Below are positions 25,089-33,539 of a DNA stretch of 52,191 nt, one piece after another. The translations under genes and the position numbers were made by a program. A model generated the notes under the pieces. That model did no database searches, was not told where the DNA came from, and saw only the letters and a program-made list of their open reading frames with translations. Origin of the DNA: an uncultured Prevotellaceae bacterium (GTDB lineage Bacteria > Bacteroidota > Bacteroidia > Bacteroidales > Bacteroidaceae); the NCBI GenBank assembly GCA_945788095.1, contig CALZKW010000001.1, positions 1 to 52,191 on the forward strand, written 5' to 3'. Position 1 is the stretch's first letter, and each line of letters begins with the position of its first letter.

Positions 25089-27254
25089 CTATGGGCGGTG
25101 CTTCTTGTCGGTGCCCCACTTGCTGGGCTTGCTGGTCATATAGAATTCCAGTTTGCCGCCTTGGATGATGTCCTTGTAGTCGATGTAGCTGTAGGGATAG
25201 TTCTTGCCGTTGAGCTTGACGTGAGAGACGTAGATGTTCTGCTCGCTGTTGTTGTGCGACACGATGGTGAACGTCTTGCCGTCGCCCACGTTGAGGTCGG
25301 CGCGCTCCACCACGGGAGAGCCTAAGATGTAGCGGCCGCCGCAGGGAGCCACCTGATAGAGACCCATCGACGAGAGGATGTACCAGGCCGACATCTGACC
25401 TACGTCCTCGTTGCCGCAGAGACCCGCAGGCTGGTCGGTGTAGAGTTCGCGCATCACCTGGCGCACCTTCTCGGCGGTCTTCCAGGGCTGGCCCACATAG
25501 TTGTAGAGATAGAGCACGTGGTGGCTGGGCTCATTGCCGTGGGCATACTGTCCGATCAGACCCGAGATGTCGGGATTGGCATCAGCGTTGAGGGTGCTCT
25601 CGGCCAGGAAGAGGGAGTCGAGACGCGCGATGAAGGCCTCCTCGGAGGGGAAGCAACCTACGAGTCCGTGGACGTCGTGGGGCACGAGCCAGGTGTATTG
25701 CCAGGGGTTGCCTTCGGTGTAGTCGGACGTCTGATGACAAGGATTGAATCCCTCGCGAGGGCGGAACTGGCCATCGCTGTCGAGGGCACGCATGCACTGC
25801 AGCTGGGGATCGAAGAGGCGCTTGTAGCCCATGCTGCGGTTGTGGAAGTAGGCGCTGTCCTCCACCATGCCGAGCATGCCGGCCACCTCGGCAGCGCTCC
25901 AGTCTGCGATGTAATACTCGAGGGTCTTGGCCACAGGCTCCCAGTCGCCATGATTGTAGGGGATATAACCCAGTTGTTTCATCCAGCCCATCGAGCGGTT
26001 GTCCTTCATCAGACTCGCCTTCATGGCCTCGAAGGCTTCCTTACGGTCGAAGCCTTCCACGCCCTTCAGGCACATATCGGCCAGCACGGGCACAGCGGGA
26101 GAGCCCACCATGCAATAGGTCTCGTTGCTGTGGAGGTGCCACACGGGCAGTTCGCCCTGCTCACGATAGATGTGGAGCATCGTTTGGGCATAGTCGGTCA
26201 GTTTGTCGCGCATCACGAGGGTCTGCAGGGGATGCAGGGCGCGGTAGGTATCCCAGAGCGACCAGGTGGTGTAGTTCTGAAACGTTACTGCACGGCGCAC
26301 ACGTCCGTCCGACCCCATATAGTCGCCGTTGACATCGTTCCACACCTGGGGCGCCACGAGCATGTGATACATCGAGGTGTAAAAGATGCGGCGGTCGCGC
26401 TCGTTGGCAAAGGTGGCCTGGATGCGCCCCAACTCCTTGTTCCACTTCTCGTCGGCAGCGCGATAGACGGCAGCAAAGTCCCATGTGGGCATCTCAGCCA
26501 GGAGGTTCTGCATGGCATTGGTCTCGCTCACGGGCGACACAGCCACCTTGACCATCACGGGGTCGTAGGGCCCCACCTCGAAGGTGGCCTGTCCGTAGGG
26601 TGCGTCGAGCGAAGCGCTGAGCCAGTGGTGAATGGGCTGCGAGAACTGTGCCACGAAATACACCTCCTGATGGCCTGCCCACCCGCGGCTGATGCGATAG
26701 CCGGCTATGGTGTGGTCGTCGAGCTGATACATACGGGCCTGCTTGAGGCGATCGCCCACACCATTGTCGAGGTCGATGATGATGCGCGCATTGTTGCTGC
26801 CGCGCTGAAAGGTGTATTTATGGAGGGCAACGCGCTCGGTGGCGGTCATCTCGCACACGATATTGCTCCCGCCGAGCACCACCTTGTAGTAGCCCGGATG
26901 TGCCACCTCAGTCTCCTTGCGCATGGGAGCAGCCAGACCCTGTCGCGAGAGTTCCACCTCACCCATGGCTGGCATAAGGGCGATATCACCCAGGTCGCTA
27001 CAACCGGTACCGCTGAGGTGGGTCTGTGCAAATCCCACTATCGAGTCGCCCGACTGATGATAGCCCGAGCACCAGTCCCAACCGGTCTCGATCTGCGTCG
27101 GACCGACATTGACCATACCCTGGGGCACGTTGGCACCCACAAAGACATGTCCGTGGTCGCCAGTGCCAATCATAGGATCCACATACTCTGTGAGGCGCTG
27201 ACCAAACGAAGCAGCCGCCAACAACAGGGAAGAAAGAATAGCAATTGTTCTCAT
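25089..27254 (-). CDS. GH92 alpha-mannosidase
   Basis: Start taken at MRTIAILSSLLLAAASFGQ (cat at 27252-27254). YVDPMIGTGDHGHVFVGANVPQGMVNVGPT is a GH92 hallmark. Confidence 0.9.
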   Translation of the reverse strand: MRTIAILSSLLLAAASFGQRLTEYVDPMIGTGDHGHVFVGANVPQGMVNVGPTQIETGWDWCSGYHQSGDSIVGFAQTHLSGTGCSDLGDIALMPAMGEVELSRQGLAAPMRKETEVAHPGYYKVVLGGSNIVCEMTATERVALHKYTFQRGSNNARIIIDLDNGVGDRLKQARMYQLDDHTIAGYRISRGWAGHQEVYFVAQFSQPIHHWLSASLDAPYGQATFEVGPYDPVMVKVAVSPVSETNAMQNLLAEMPTWDFAAVYRAADEKWNKELGRIQATFANERDRRIFYTSMYHMLVAPQVWNDVNGDYMGSDGRVRRAVTFQNYTTWSLWDTYRALHPLQTLVMRDKLTDYAQTMLHIYREQGELPVWHLHSNETYCMVGSPAVPVLADMCLKGVEGFDRKEAFEAMKASLMKDNRSMGWMKQLGYIPYNHGDWEPVAKTLEYYIADWSAAEVAGMLGMVEDSAYFHNRSMGYKRLFDPQLQCMRALDSDGQFRPREGFNPCHQTSDYTEGNPWQYTWLVPHDVHGLVGCFPSEEAFIARLDSLFLAESTLNADANPDISGLIGQYAHGNEPSHHVLYLYNYVGQPWKTAEKVRQVMRELYTDQPAGLCGNEDVGQMSAWYILSSMGLYQVAPCGGRYILGSPVVERADLNVGDGKTFTIVSHNNSEQNIYVSHVKLNGKNYPYSYIDYKDIIQGGKLEFYMTSKPSKWGTDKKHRP

Positions 27255-27275
27255 ACGCGCGCAATTTATTGTATG

Positions 27276-27283
27276 CAAAGATA
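27276..27283 (-). promoter_or_regulatory. Candidate -7 box (TATCTTTG) for the GH92 gene
   Basis: The reverse complement of caaagata matches TAnnTTTG, 21 nt upstream of the ATG at 27254. Confidence 0.5.
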
Positions 27284-27520
27284 GCACTTTTCGCCGACAT
27301 ACGCAAGCAAAAAGGCATTTTTATACCCCCTTACAACACTCCTCTCCCACCCCGCATTTGCGCGCCAACTGACCAACCACCCGCCGGCCAACTGCGCAGC
27401 ATTCTTTGGAAAGCTACCGCGAAGCTACAAGAGAAGTTACAGAGAATCCAAAGAAAACAGAAATCAAATTACGGATTTCACAAAAACAAAACGCGCCCAA
27501 GAGGCTTCGTATACACTATG

Positions 27521-27577
27521 TTTTCGTCCGTCCGTCCAAAACGCTATATATAGGCGTTTTGGACGGACGGACGAAAA
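27521..27577. repeat. Near-perfect 57-bp palindrome H1 containing (GTCC)3
   Basis: TTTTCGTCCGTCCGTCCAAAACGC - tatatatag - GCGTTTTGGACGGACGGACGAAAA. Confidence 0.9.
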
Positions 27578-27650
27578 GGGCATACGAAAAATCGCGTCGC
27601 ACACCTTGAACTTCATAAAAGAGATGGGTAACAGCACAAAAAAAAATATG

Positions 27651-27779
27651 ACTGTCCGGGGAAATCAAGACCCTGTAAGAGTCGCTATAGAGTAGCGTAG
27701 GGCGTCAACCCTACGTATGGCACTACCCCCTATCCTTTGGCCCTGTAAGGGCCTCCTAACTAATACGTCATGAAAATAT
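27651..27779 (+). repeat. Structured dispersed element R of about 130 nt, copy 1 (candidate ncRNA or MITE)
   Basis: Closely similar to 33382-33512, with only scattered substitutions and small indels. Hairpins: GACCC-tgtaa-GAGTC (27669-27683), CGTAGGG-cgtcaa-CCCTACG (27696-27715), GGCCC-tgtaa-GGGCC (27739-27753). Confidence 0.8.
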
Positions 27780-27807
27780 TTAGGGAACGATATACAATTA
27801 GGCACAT

Positions 27808-27880
27808 ATTGTCGCCCGGAAGGCGATACAGCGAAGCGGTCTATAACCCCAGGTGCCGCACGAAGTGGCACCTGGGGTAC
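27808..27880 (+). other. Cluster of strong GC-rich hairpins (candidate structured RNA)
   Basis: TCGCC-cggaa-GGCGA at 27812-27826. CCCCAGGTGCC-g-CAC-gaa-GTG-GCACCTGGGG at 27847-27877, about 14 bp. Confidence 0.5.
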
Positions 27881-27978
27881 AGGTATCCATACCACAAGCG
27901 CCCGCCAGGCGACCATGCCAAATAGCATATCATTGCCAAACATACCCCCCCCGATTTATCTAATGCTCCCCCAAAACG

Positions 27979-28028
27979 CGTCCATCCATCCAAAACGCTC
28001 AATGCAGGCGTTTTGGATGGATGGATGG
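27979..28028. repeat. Palindrome H2, related to H1, with (ATCC)n arms
   Basis: CGTCCATCCATCCAAAACGC - tcaatgcag - GCGTTTTGGATGGATGGATGG. It shares the CCAAAACGC-N9-GCGTTTTGG core with H1. Confidence 0.9.
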
Positions 28029-28076
28029 CTAAAAACTAACAAAAATGTATCACACAAGCAGCGCCGACACTTAAAA

Positions 28077-29549
28077 CTAACACTTTTGTGTCTTGTTTCT
28101 GTTAATTTTGAAACCAAAAGCAGCCTGCAGCACGGTCATGATGGGACTGAGGTAACAAAAGAAACAGAAGGGGGCATACATCAGCGTGCTCACACCGAGC
28201 ACCGAACTCTGCGTCATGCCACAGGTGTTCCAGGGCACAAGGACGGAGGTGACCGTGGCACTGTCCTCGCAGGTGCGACTCAGCAGACGGGGCTCGTAGC
28301 CATGGCGCTCATAGGAGTCCTTGTACATGCTGGCCGTGAGAATGATGCTGAGATACTGGTCGCTGGTGGTGATATTGAGGAAGATACCCGTCAGAGCCGT
28401 GCTGCCCACAAGTGTCACACAGTTGTAGGCCAGGCGCAGGATGGCAGTCATGATGCTCTCGAGCATGCGCGTGGCCGTCATCGCACCGCCGAAGACCATG
28501 GCGCAGATGATGAGCCAGATGGTGCTGAGCATGCCGCCCATGCCTCGCGTGGCTACAAGGGCATTGAGCTCGTCCACACCCGTGTCGACACTCGTGCTGT
28601 CGTAGAGCGCCATCATGACGCCTCTGAACAAGCCCTCCAGACCGCCACAACCGGCTATCTGATAGAGTTGGCCACGCTGCACCAACATCGCTGCGACACA
28701 GGCCAGAATGACGGCCATGAAGAGGATGAGCATCGAGGGCAACTTGCGCATGATCATGACACCCGTAAGCACAGGCACCACAAAGAGCCAGGGGGTGATG
28801 ACGAAGGTGGAGGCCAGCACCTGGCGCACATGGTCGGCACCACCTGTGCCAGCCTCGTCGTGCATCAGTCCCACAACGAGGAAGATGGCAGTCGTAATAA
28901 TAAAGGTAGGCACGGTGGTGTACATCATGTAGCGGATGTGCTCGAAGAGAGGGGTGCCGACCGTGCTGCTGGCCATCACCGTGGTGTCGCTCAGGGGCGA
29001 TATCTTGTCGCCGAAGTATGCACCGCTGATGATGGCGCCTGCCACAAGACCCTGACTGAAGCCCAAGGCGTCGCCGATGCCCATCAGAGCCACTCCGATG
29101 GTGGCAATGGTGGTCCACGAACTGCCCGTCATCACGCTCACGATGGCGCAGATGAGACAGGTAGAGATGAGAAACCACTGGGGATGGAGTATCTGCAGAC
29201 CGTAGTAGATCATCGTAGGCACCACGCCGCTGACCATCCACACGCCACCGATGGCACCGATGAGCAGCAGGATGATGATGCTCTGCGACACGTCGGTAAT
29301 CTTCTCCGTCACGGCCTTCTCGAAGTCGTCGAAGGTGACGTAGCCCGTGAGCATACCAATGCCCACACAGAAGGCAGAGGCCAGGATCAAGGCCACCTGA
29401 GAGGCACCGCTCAGCGAGTCGTCGCCAAAGACGGACACCACAAACGCAATGAGTGCCACCAGCAAAGCCAGTGGCACACATGATAACCAGAGAGGAGGCA
29501 ATCCCTCCTTGCGTATCTTATTCGTCATATAACTTTCGCTATTGCTCAA
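28077..29549 (-). CDS. nhaC: Na+/H+ antiporter NhaC family
   Basis: 490 aa, polytopic. The overall sequence is NhaC-like (ILASAFCVGIGMLTG...GAIISGAYFGDKISPLSDTT). The start could instead be the internal MTNKIRKEG. Confidence 0.88.
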   Translation of the reverse strand: MSNSESYMTNKIRKEGLPPLWLSCVPLALLVALIAFVVSVFGDDSLSGASQVALILASAFCVGIGMLTGYVTFDDFEKAVTEKITDVSQSIIILLLIGAIGGVWMVSGVVPTMIYYGLQILHPQWFLISTCLICAIVSVMTGSSWTTIATIGVALMGIGDALGFSQGLVAGAIISGAYFGDKISPLSDTTVMASSTVGTPLFEHIRYMMYTTVPTFIITTAIFLVVGLMHDEAGTGGADHVRQVLASTFVITPWLFVVPVLTGVMIMRKLPSMLILFMAVILACVAAMLVQRGQLYQIAGCGGLEGLFRGVMMALYDSTSVDTGVDELNALVATRGMGGMLSTIWLIICAMVFGGAMTATRMLESIMTAILRLAYNCVTLVGSTALTGIFLNITTSDQYLSIILTASMYKDSYERHGYEPRLLSRTCEDSATVTSVLVPWNTCGMTQSSVLGVSTLMYAPFCFFCYLSPIMTVLQAAFGFKINRNKTQKC

Positions 29550-29600
29550 GTTTTTAGGTTTTAGGGCGCTTCGCCTTTGAGGTTTTAGGTTGGTCTGCTC

Positions 29601-29645
29601 GTCAACAGAATGAACGGAGTTTTTTCTGTTTGTTCCGTTGTTAAC
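29601..29645 (-). terminator. Imperfect hairpin of the AACAACGGAACAAACAGAA family, downstream of the POT transporter gene
   Basis: CAACAGAATGAACGGAG / TTCTGTTTGTTCCGTTGTTAA. The pairing is imperfect. Confidence 0.35.
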
Positions 29646-29672
29646 CTAAAACCTACAACCTAAGACCTTAAT

Positions 29673-31193
29673 TTAGCTTACCTTGTTCAGCTTCTTGATG
29701 ATAGAGAAGATGAAGAGGGCTGCTACCACACAGATGGCTGCCAGGACTCCCCATACGAGGGTCAGCTCCTGGCCCCACAGATAACCGGGAATCTGTACGA
29801 GGAAGTTGCCAAGTGCAGTAGAAACAAACCATGCACCCATCATCATACCCTTGTACTTGGGAGGAGCCACCTTGCTCACAAATGAGATACCGATGGGGCT
29901 GAGCAGCAACTCAGCGAAGGTAAGCACGAGATAGGTGCTAACCAAGAGGTTGGGGGTGACATTGGCCATGTGGTCGTTCACACCATTGGTATAGGTGGGA
30001 GTGGGCAGACCTATCGAACCGCCGATCATCAGCACGTAGGCAGCAGCAGCCACGAGCATACCGAGACCTATCTTGACAGGTGCCTTGGGCTCCTTGCCCT
30101 TCTTGCCCAACCAGCCGAAGAGAGCGATGCTGACGGGGGTAAGCATCACCACGAAGCAGGCATTGAACTGCTGGAAGATGGGAGCGCTAACCGATACCGA
30201 ATCGGGCAGCTGGGTGTAGTTCCAGTAGAGGTAACCAGCAGCCAGGGCTACAACGCCCAGACCGCCCAGCTTTGACTTCGCTGTAGCACCCTGGAATACA
30301 GAGAAACCACCAAACACGATAAAGATGGCTGCCACGAGGTTGGTCACGTCGAACATCATTGACTGCACACCCGATGAAGAGGTGGCTGTGTAGTCGCGGG
30401 CGAAGAAGGTCAGCGTGAGACCATTCTGATGGAAGGCCATCCAGAAGAATACAACCACAGCCATTACCAGACAGAGGCATACGATGCGCTCGCGGGTCTC
30501 AGCGGGTGAGAGTTCGTCGGCAACAGCCTCACTGCCAGCGTCCTTGCTGGTCTTCTTGGCGGTAGTGATGACCTGCTTGAAGGTGGGCTTGCCCAGATAG
30601 TAAATAAGGATAGAGAGGATGAGCGAACCGCAAGCCACAGCAAAGGCATAGTGGTAAGAGTCAGCCTCGCTCACACCGAGAGAGGTCTGTGCCCACTCCA
30701 TGATCTTGATGGCAGCGGTGGGTGCAAACATGGCACCTACGTTGATGGCCATATAGAAGAGCGAGAAACCAGCGTCGCGCTTTGCAGCATACTGAGCGTC
30801 GTTGTAGAGGTCGCCCACCATGACCTGGAGGTTACCCTTGAAGAGGCCCGTACCCATACTCACGAGCACCAATGCAGCAGCCATAGCGATGATGGCCAGC
30901 GAATTGGCACCGAGGGGGAGCGACAGGAGCACATAGCCCGCAAACATCACAAAGATACCAATGGTGACCATCTTGCTATATCCAAACTTGTCGGCCAGCA
31001 TACCACCAAAGAGGGGGAGGAAGTAGACAAGCATCAGAAAACTTGAGAAGATGGTACTGGTCAGTTTCTCATCAAACTGGAAGTTTGCCTGCAGAAACAA
31101 GGTAAACACGGCCAACATAGTGTAGTAACCAAAGCGCTCACCGGTGTTGGCAAGAGCAAGCGCCCAAAGGCCTTTAGGTTGTCCTTCAAACAT
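29673..31193 (-). CDS. POT/PTR2 proton-dependent oligopeptide transporter
   Basis: Start taken at MFEGQPKGLWALALANTGERFGYYTMLAVFTLFL (cat at 31191-31193). ERFGYY and GGMLADKFGY are PTR2 signatures. Confidence 0.88.
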   Translation of the reverse strand: MFEGQPKGLWALALANTGERFGYYTMLAVFTLFLQANFQFDEKLTSTIFSSFLMLVYFLPLFGGMLADKFGYSKMVTIGIFVMFAGYVLLSLPLGANSLAIIAMAAALVLVSMGTGLFKGNLQVMVGDLYNDAQYAAKRDAGFSLFYMAINVGAMFAPTAAIKIMEWAQTSLGVSEADSYHYAFAVACGSLILSILIYYLGKPTFKQVITTAKKTSKDAGSEAVADELSPAETRERIVCLCLVMAVVVFFWMAFHQNGLTLTFFARDYTATSSSGVQSMMFDVTNLVAAIFIVFGGFSVFQGATAKSKLGGLGVVALAAGYLYWNYTQLPDSVSVSAPIFQQFNACFVVMLTPVSIALFGWLGKKGKEPKAPVKIGLGMLVAAAAYVLMIGGSIGLPTPTYTNGVNDHMANVTPNLLVSTYLVLTFAELLLSPIGISFVSKVAPPKYKGMMMGAWFVSTALGNFLVQIPGYLWGQELTLVWGVLAAICVVAALFIFSIIKKLNKVS

Positions 31194-31236
31194 AATAAAT
31201 CTGAGTTTAAATTGATTTAGATTATTTTTTCGCGGG

Positions 31237-31244
31237 CAAAGATA
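31237..31244 (-). promoter_or_regulatory. Candidate -7 box (TATCTTTG) for the POT transporter gene
   Basis: The reverse complement of caaagata, 43 nt upstream of the ATG at 31193. Confidence 0.45.
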
Positions 31245-31286
31245 GCAAAAATAACGCATTTGCGGGCACTTCGATTTAACTTTTTA

Positions 31287-31294
31287 TAACTTTG
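31287..31294 (+). promoter_or_regulatory. Candidate -7 box (TAACTTTG) for the SulP gene
   Basis: Matches TAnnTTTG, 44 nt upstream of the ATG at 31339. Confidence 0.45.
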
Positions 31295-31338
31295 CAGTAG
31301 CAAAAGCCAAAAGCATTAAGCAAAATCATCATAAATTA

Positions 31339-33078
31339 ATGAAACACATCAACCTACGTCCCCGCCTTCTCGACTGCATCAAGGGATACAATCGAGATAC
31401 ATTCATGAAGGACCTCATGGCAGGTCTTATCGTGGGTATTGTGGCGCTGCCTCTGGCCATCGCATTCGGTATCGCCAGCGGCGTAACTCCCGAGAAAGGT
31501 ATCATCACGGCTATCGTGGCAGGTTTCATCATCTCACTCCTTGGCGGCACCAAGGTGCAGATCGGAGGTCCTACGGGTGCCTTCATCGTCATCATCTATG
31601 GCATCGTCAACAATCCTGAGTACGGCCTCCAGGGTCTGCTCATCGCCACCATGCTGGCTGGCGTCATCCTCATCGCCCTCGGAGCCTTCAAGCTCGGCAC
31701 CGTCATCAAGTTTATCCCCTATCCCATCATCATCGGTTTCACGGCCGGTATCGCCGTCACCATCTTCACCACACAGATGGGCGACGTGCTGGGCCTGACT
31801 CAGCAGGTGGCCGACAAGAGCGGCGAGATGGTCACCGTGCCCCTCAAGACTCCCGGCGACTTCGTGGGCAAATGGATATGCTATGCCAAGAATATCAGCA
31901 CATTCAACATCTGGAACTTCCTCGTGGCCATCGGCAGTCTGCTGGTCATCATCTTCTCGCCCAAGGCCGTGAGCAAGATTCCTGTGCTCAACAAGATACC
32001 CGGTTCGCTCTACGGCATCGTGCTCGGCACCGTGGCTGTACTCATCCTCAGCCAGTGTGGCATCAACAGCGTCGACACCATAGGCGACCGCTTCGAGATA
32101 CAGAGCAAACTGCCCGAGATGGTCGTACCCGCCATCGACTTTGCCATGATACAGAAGCTGATGCCCGTGGCCTTCACCATCGCCATCCTCGGCGCCATCG
32201 AGAGCCTGCTCAGCGCCACCGTGGCTGACGGTGTGATCGGCGACAAGCACGACAGCAACATGGAACTCGTGGCTCAGGGGGTGGCCAACCTCGCCACTCC
32301 TCTCTTCGGAGGTATCCCCGCCACCGGTGCCATTGCCCGCACCATGACCAACATCAACAATGGTGGCAAGACCCCCGTGGCTGGTATCATCCACGCCATC
32401 GTGCTGCTCGTCATCCTGCTCGTGCTCATGCCCCTGGCCAACTTCATCCCCATGGCCTCGCTGGCTGCCGTACTGGTGGTGGTGAGCTACAACATGAGCG
32501 GCTGGCGCTCTGTCAAGGGCCTGCTCTCCAACCCCAAGAGCGACGTCATCGTGCTCTTCGTCACCTTCTTCCTCACCGTGGTCTTCGACCTCACCATCGC
32601 CATCGAGGTGGGTCTGGTGCTGGCATGTGCCCTCTTCATCAAGCGTATCATGGAGACCACCGAGATCTCTGTCATCAGCGATGAGATCAACCCCAGCAAC
32701 GAGGCTGGCATGAAGAGTCTCAACCAGGAGAACCTCACCATCCCCGAGGGTTGCACCGTATATGAGATCAATGGTCCCTACTTCTTCGGCATTGCCAACA
32801 AGTTTGACGAACTGCAGACCAACATCGGTACGAAGCGCCCCCAGGTGCGCATCATCCGCATGCGCCGCGTGCCCTTCATCGACTCTACGGGTATCCACAA
32901 CCTGCAGAACCTCATCCAGGCCAGCCACGAGCAGGGCATACACATCATCCTCTCGGGTGTCAACCCCAAGGTGCACGCCCAGCTGGAGAAGGCTCAGTTC
33001 TATAGCCTCATGAACGAGGATCACATCTGCCCCCACATCGACGTAGCCCTCGAAAAGGCTCGCGAGATACTGTCTTGA
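31339..33078 (+). CDS. SulP family anion permease with C-terminal STAS domain
   Basis: 579 aa. SulP N-terminal motif (DLMAGLIVGIVALPLAIAFGIASGV). STAS-like C-terminus (VRIIRMRRVPFIDSTGIHNL). Confidence 0.9.
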   Translation: MKHINLRPRLLDCIKGYNRDTFMKDLMAGLIVGIVALPLAIAFGIASGVTPEKGIITAIVAGFIISLLGGTKVQIGGPTGAFIVIIYGIVNNPEYGLQGLLIATMLAGVILIALGAFKLGTVIKFIPYPIIIGFTAGIAVTIFTTQMGDVLGLTQQVADKSGEMVTVPLKTPGDFVGKWICYAKNISTFNIWNFLVAIGSLLVIIFSPKAVSKIPVLNKIPGSLYGIVLGTVAVLILSQCGINSVDTIGDRFEIQSKLPEMVVPAIDFAMIQKLMPVAFTIAILGAIESLLSATVADGVIGDKHDSNMELVAQGVANLATPLFGGIPATGAIARTMTNINNGGKTPVAGIIHAIVLLVILLVLMPLANFIPMASLAAVLVVVSYNMSGWRSVKGLLSNPKSDVIVLFVTFFLTVVFDLTIAIEVGLVLACALFIKRIMETTEISVISDEINPSNEAGMKSLNQENLTIPEGCTVYEINGPYFFGIANKFDELQTNIGTKRPQVRIIRMRRVPFIDSTGIHNLQNLIQASHEQGIHIILSGVNPKVHAQLEKAQFYSLMNEDHICPHIDVALEKAREILS

Positions 33079-33088
33079 AGTGCTCTCT

Positions 33089-33145
33089 GACAACAGACAA
33101 CGGACAACGGACTACGGCTGCGGACTGTTGACCTCCTGACTCACA
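33089..33145 (+). repeat. Heptamer repeat GACAACA GACAACG GACAACG GACTACG and degenerate follow-on units, directly after the SulP stop
   Basis: Period 7, read directly from the sequence. Confidence 0.85.
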
Positions 33146-33173
33146 CGAAAAACTATTGACCATATCGCACAAC

Positions 33174-33213
33174 AAGCGTGGACTTCTGCAAAAGGAGGTC
33201 CACGCTTGCTTTA
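33174..33213 (+). terminator. Hairpin terminator downstream of SulP
   Basis: AAGCGTGGAC / GTCCACGCTT, a perfect 10-bp stem with a 14-nt loop. The T-tract is weak (GCTTTAT). Confidence 0.6.
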
Positions 33214-33381
33214 TGGGGGCGGCGAAGCAAAGTTCACATAGCACGCCCCGCGCTCGGCATCCCGAAGGCAAAATTGGGCTATGAACTGCTGCCCCTTCGG
33301 GGCGTATTAGAGTCTATTTTTCTTTATTGATGATTTTTCTACCCCCCTACCTTTTTAGTTATCCCCCCACCTTATATTATT

Positions 33382-33512
33382 ACTGTCCGGGGAAATCAAG
33401 ACCCAGTAAGGGTCGCTATAGATTAGCGTAGGGCGTCAACCCTACGTATGGCATTGCCCCCCCTATCCTTTGGCCCTGTAAGGGCCTCCTGACTAATACG
33501 TTATGAAAATAT
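33382..33512 (+). repeat. Structured dispersed element R, copy 2
   Basis: Same orientation as copy 1. Hairpin 1 is perfect here (GACCC-agtaa-GGGTC). Confidence 0.8.
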
Positions 33513-33539
33513 ACTCCAACGAGCTCTCTCTGCATGCTA

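Noticed and set aside
27521-27577. H1 and H2 as ordinary rho-independent terminators
   Set aside because: The T and A runs are part of the paired stem. No U-tract follows the hairpin on either strand. The arms carry tetranucleotide repeats shared between two separate palindromes.
27651-27880. Known housekeeping RNAs (RNase P RNA, SRP/4.5S RNA, tmRNA, 6S RNA) for the structured region
   Set aside because: I could not find the conserved RNase P (GAGGAAAGTCC-type) motif, the SRP domain IV motif, or tmRNA ends. Part of the region (R) is duplicated 5.7 kb away, which is not expected for these single-copy genes. A CCGGAAGG string is present, but its flanks do not form the SRP helix.
27665-27943. 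92-aa ORF on the minus strand in the gene-free region, together with 27245..27553(+) and 27406..27609(+)
   Set aside because: They have no homology features, they cross the R element and the hairpins, and their composition is atypical of genes in this genome.
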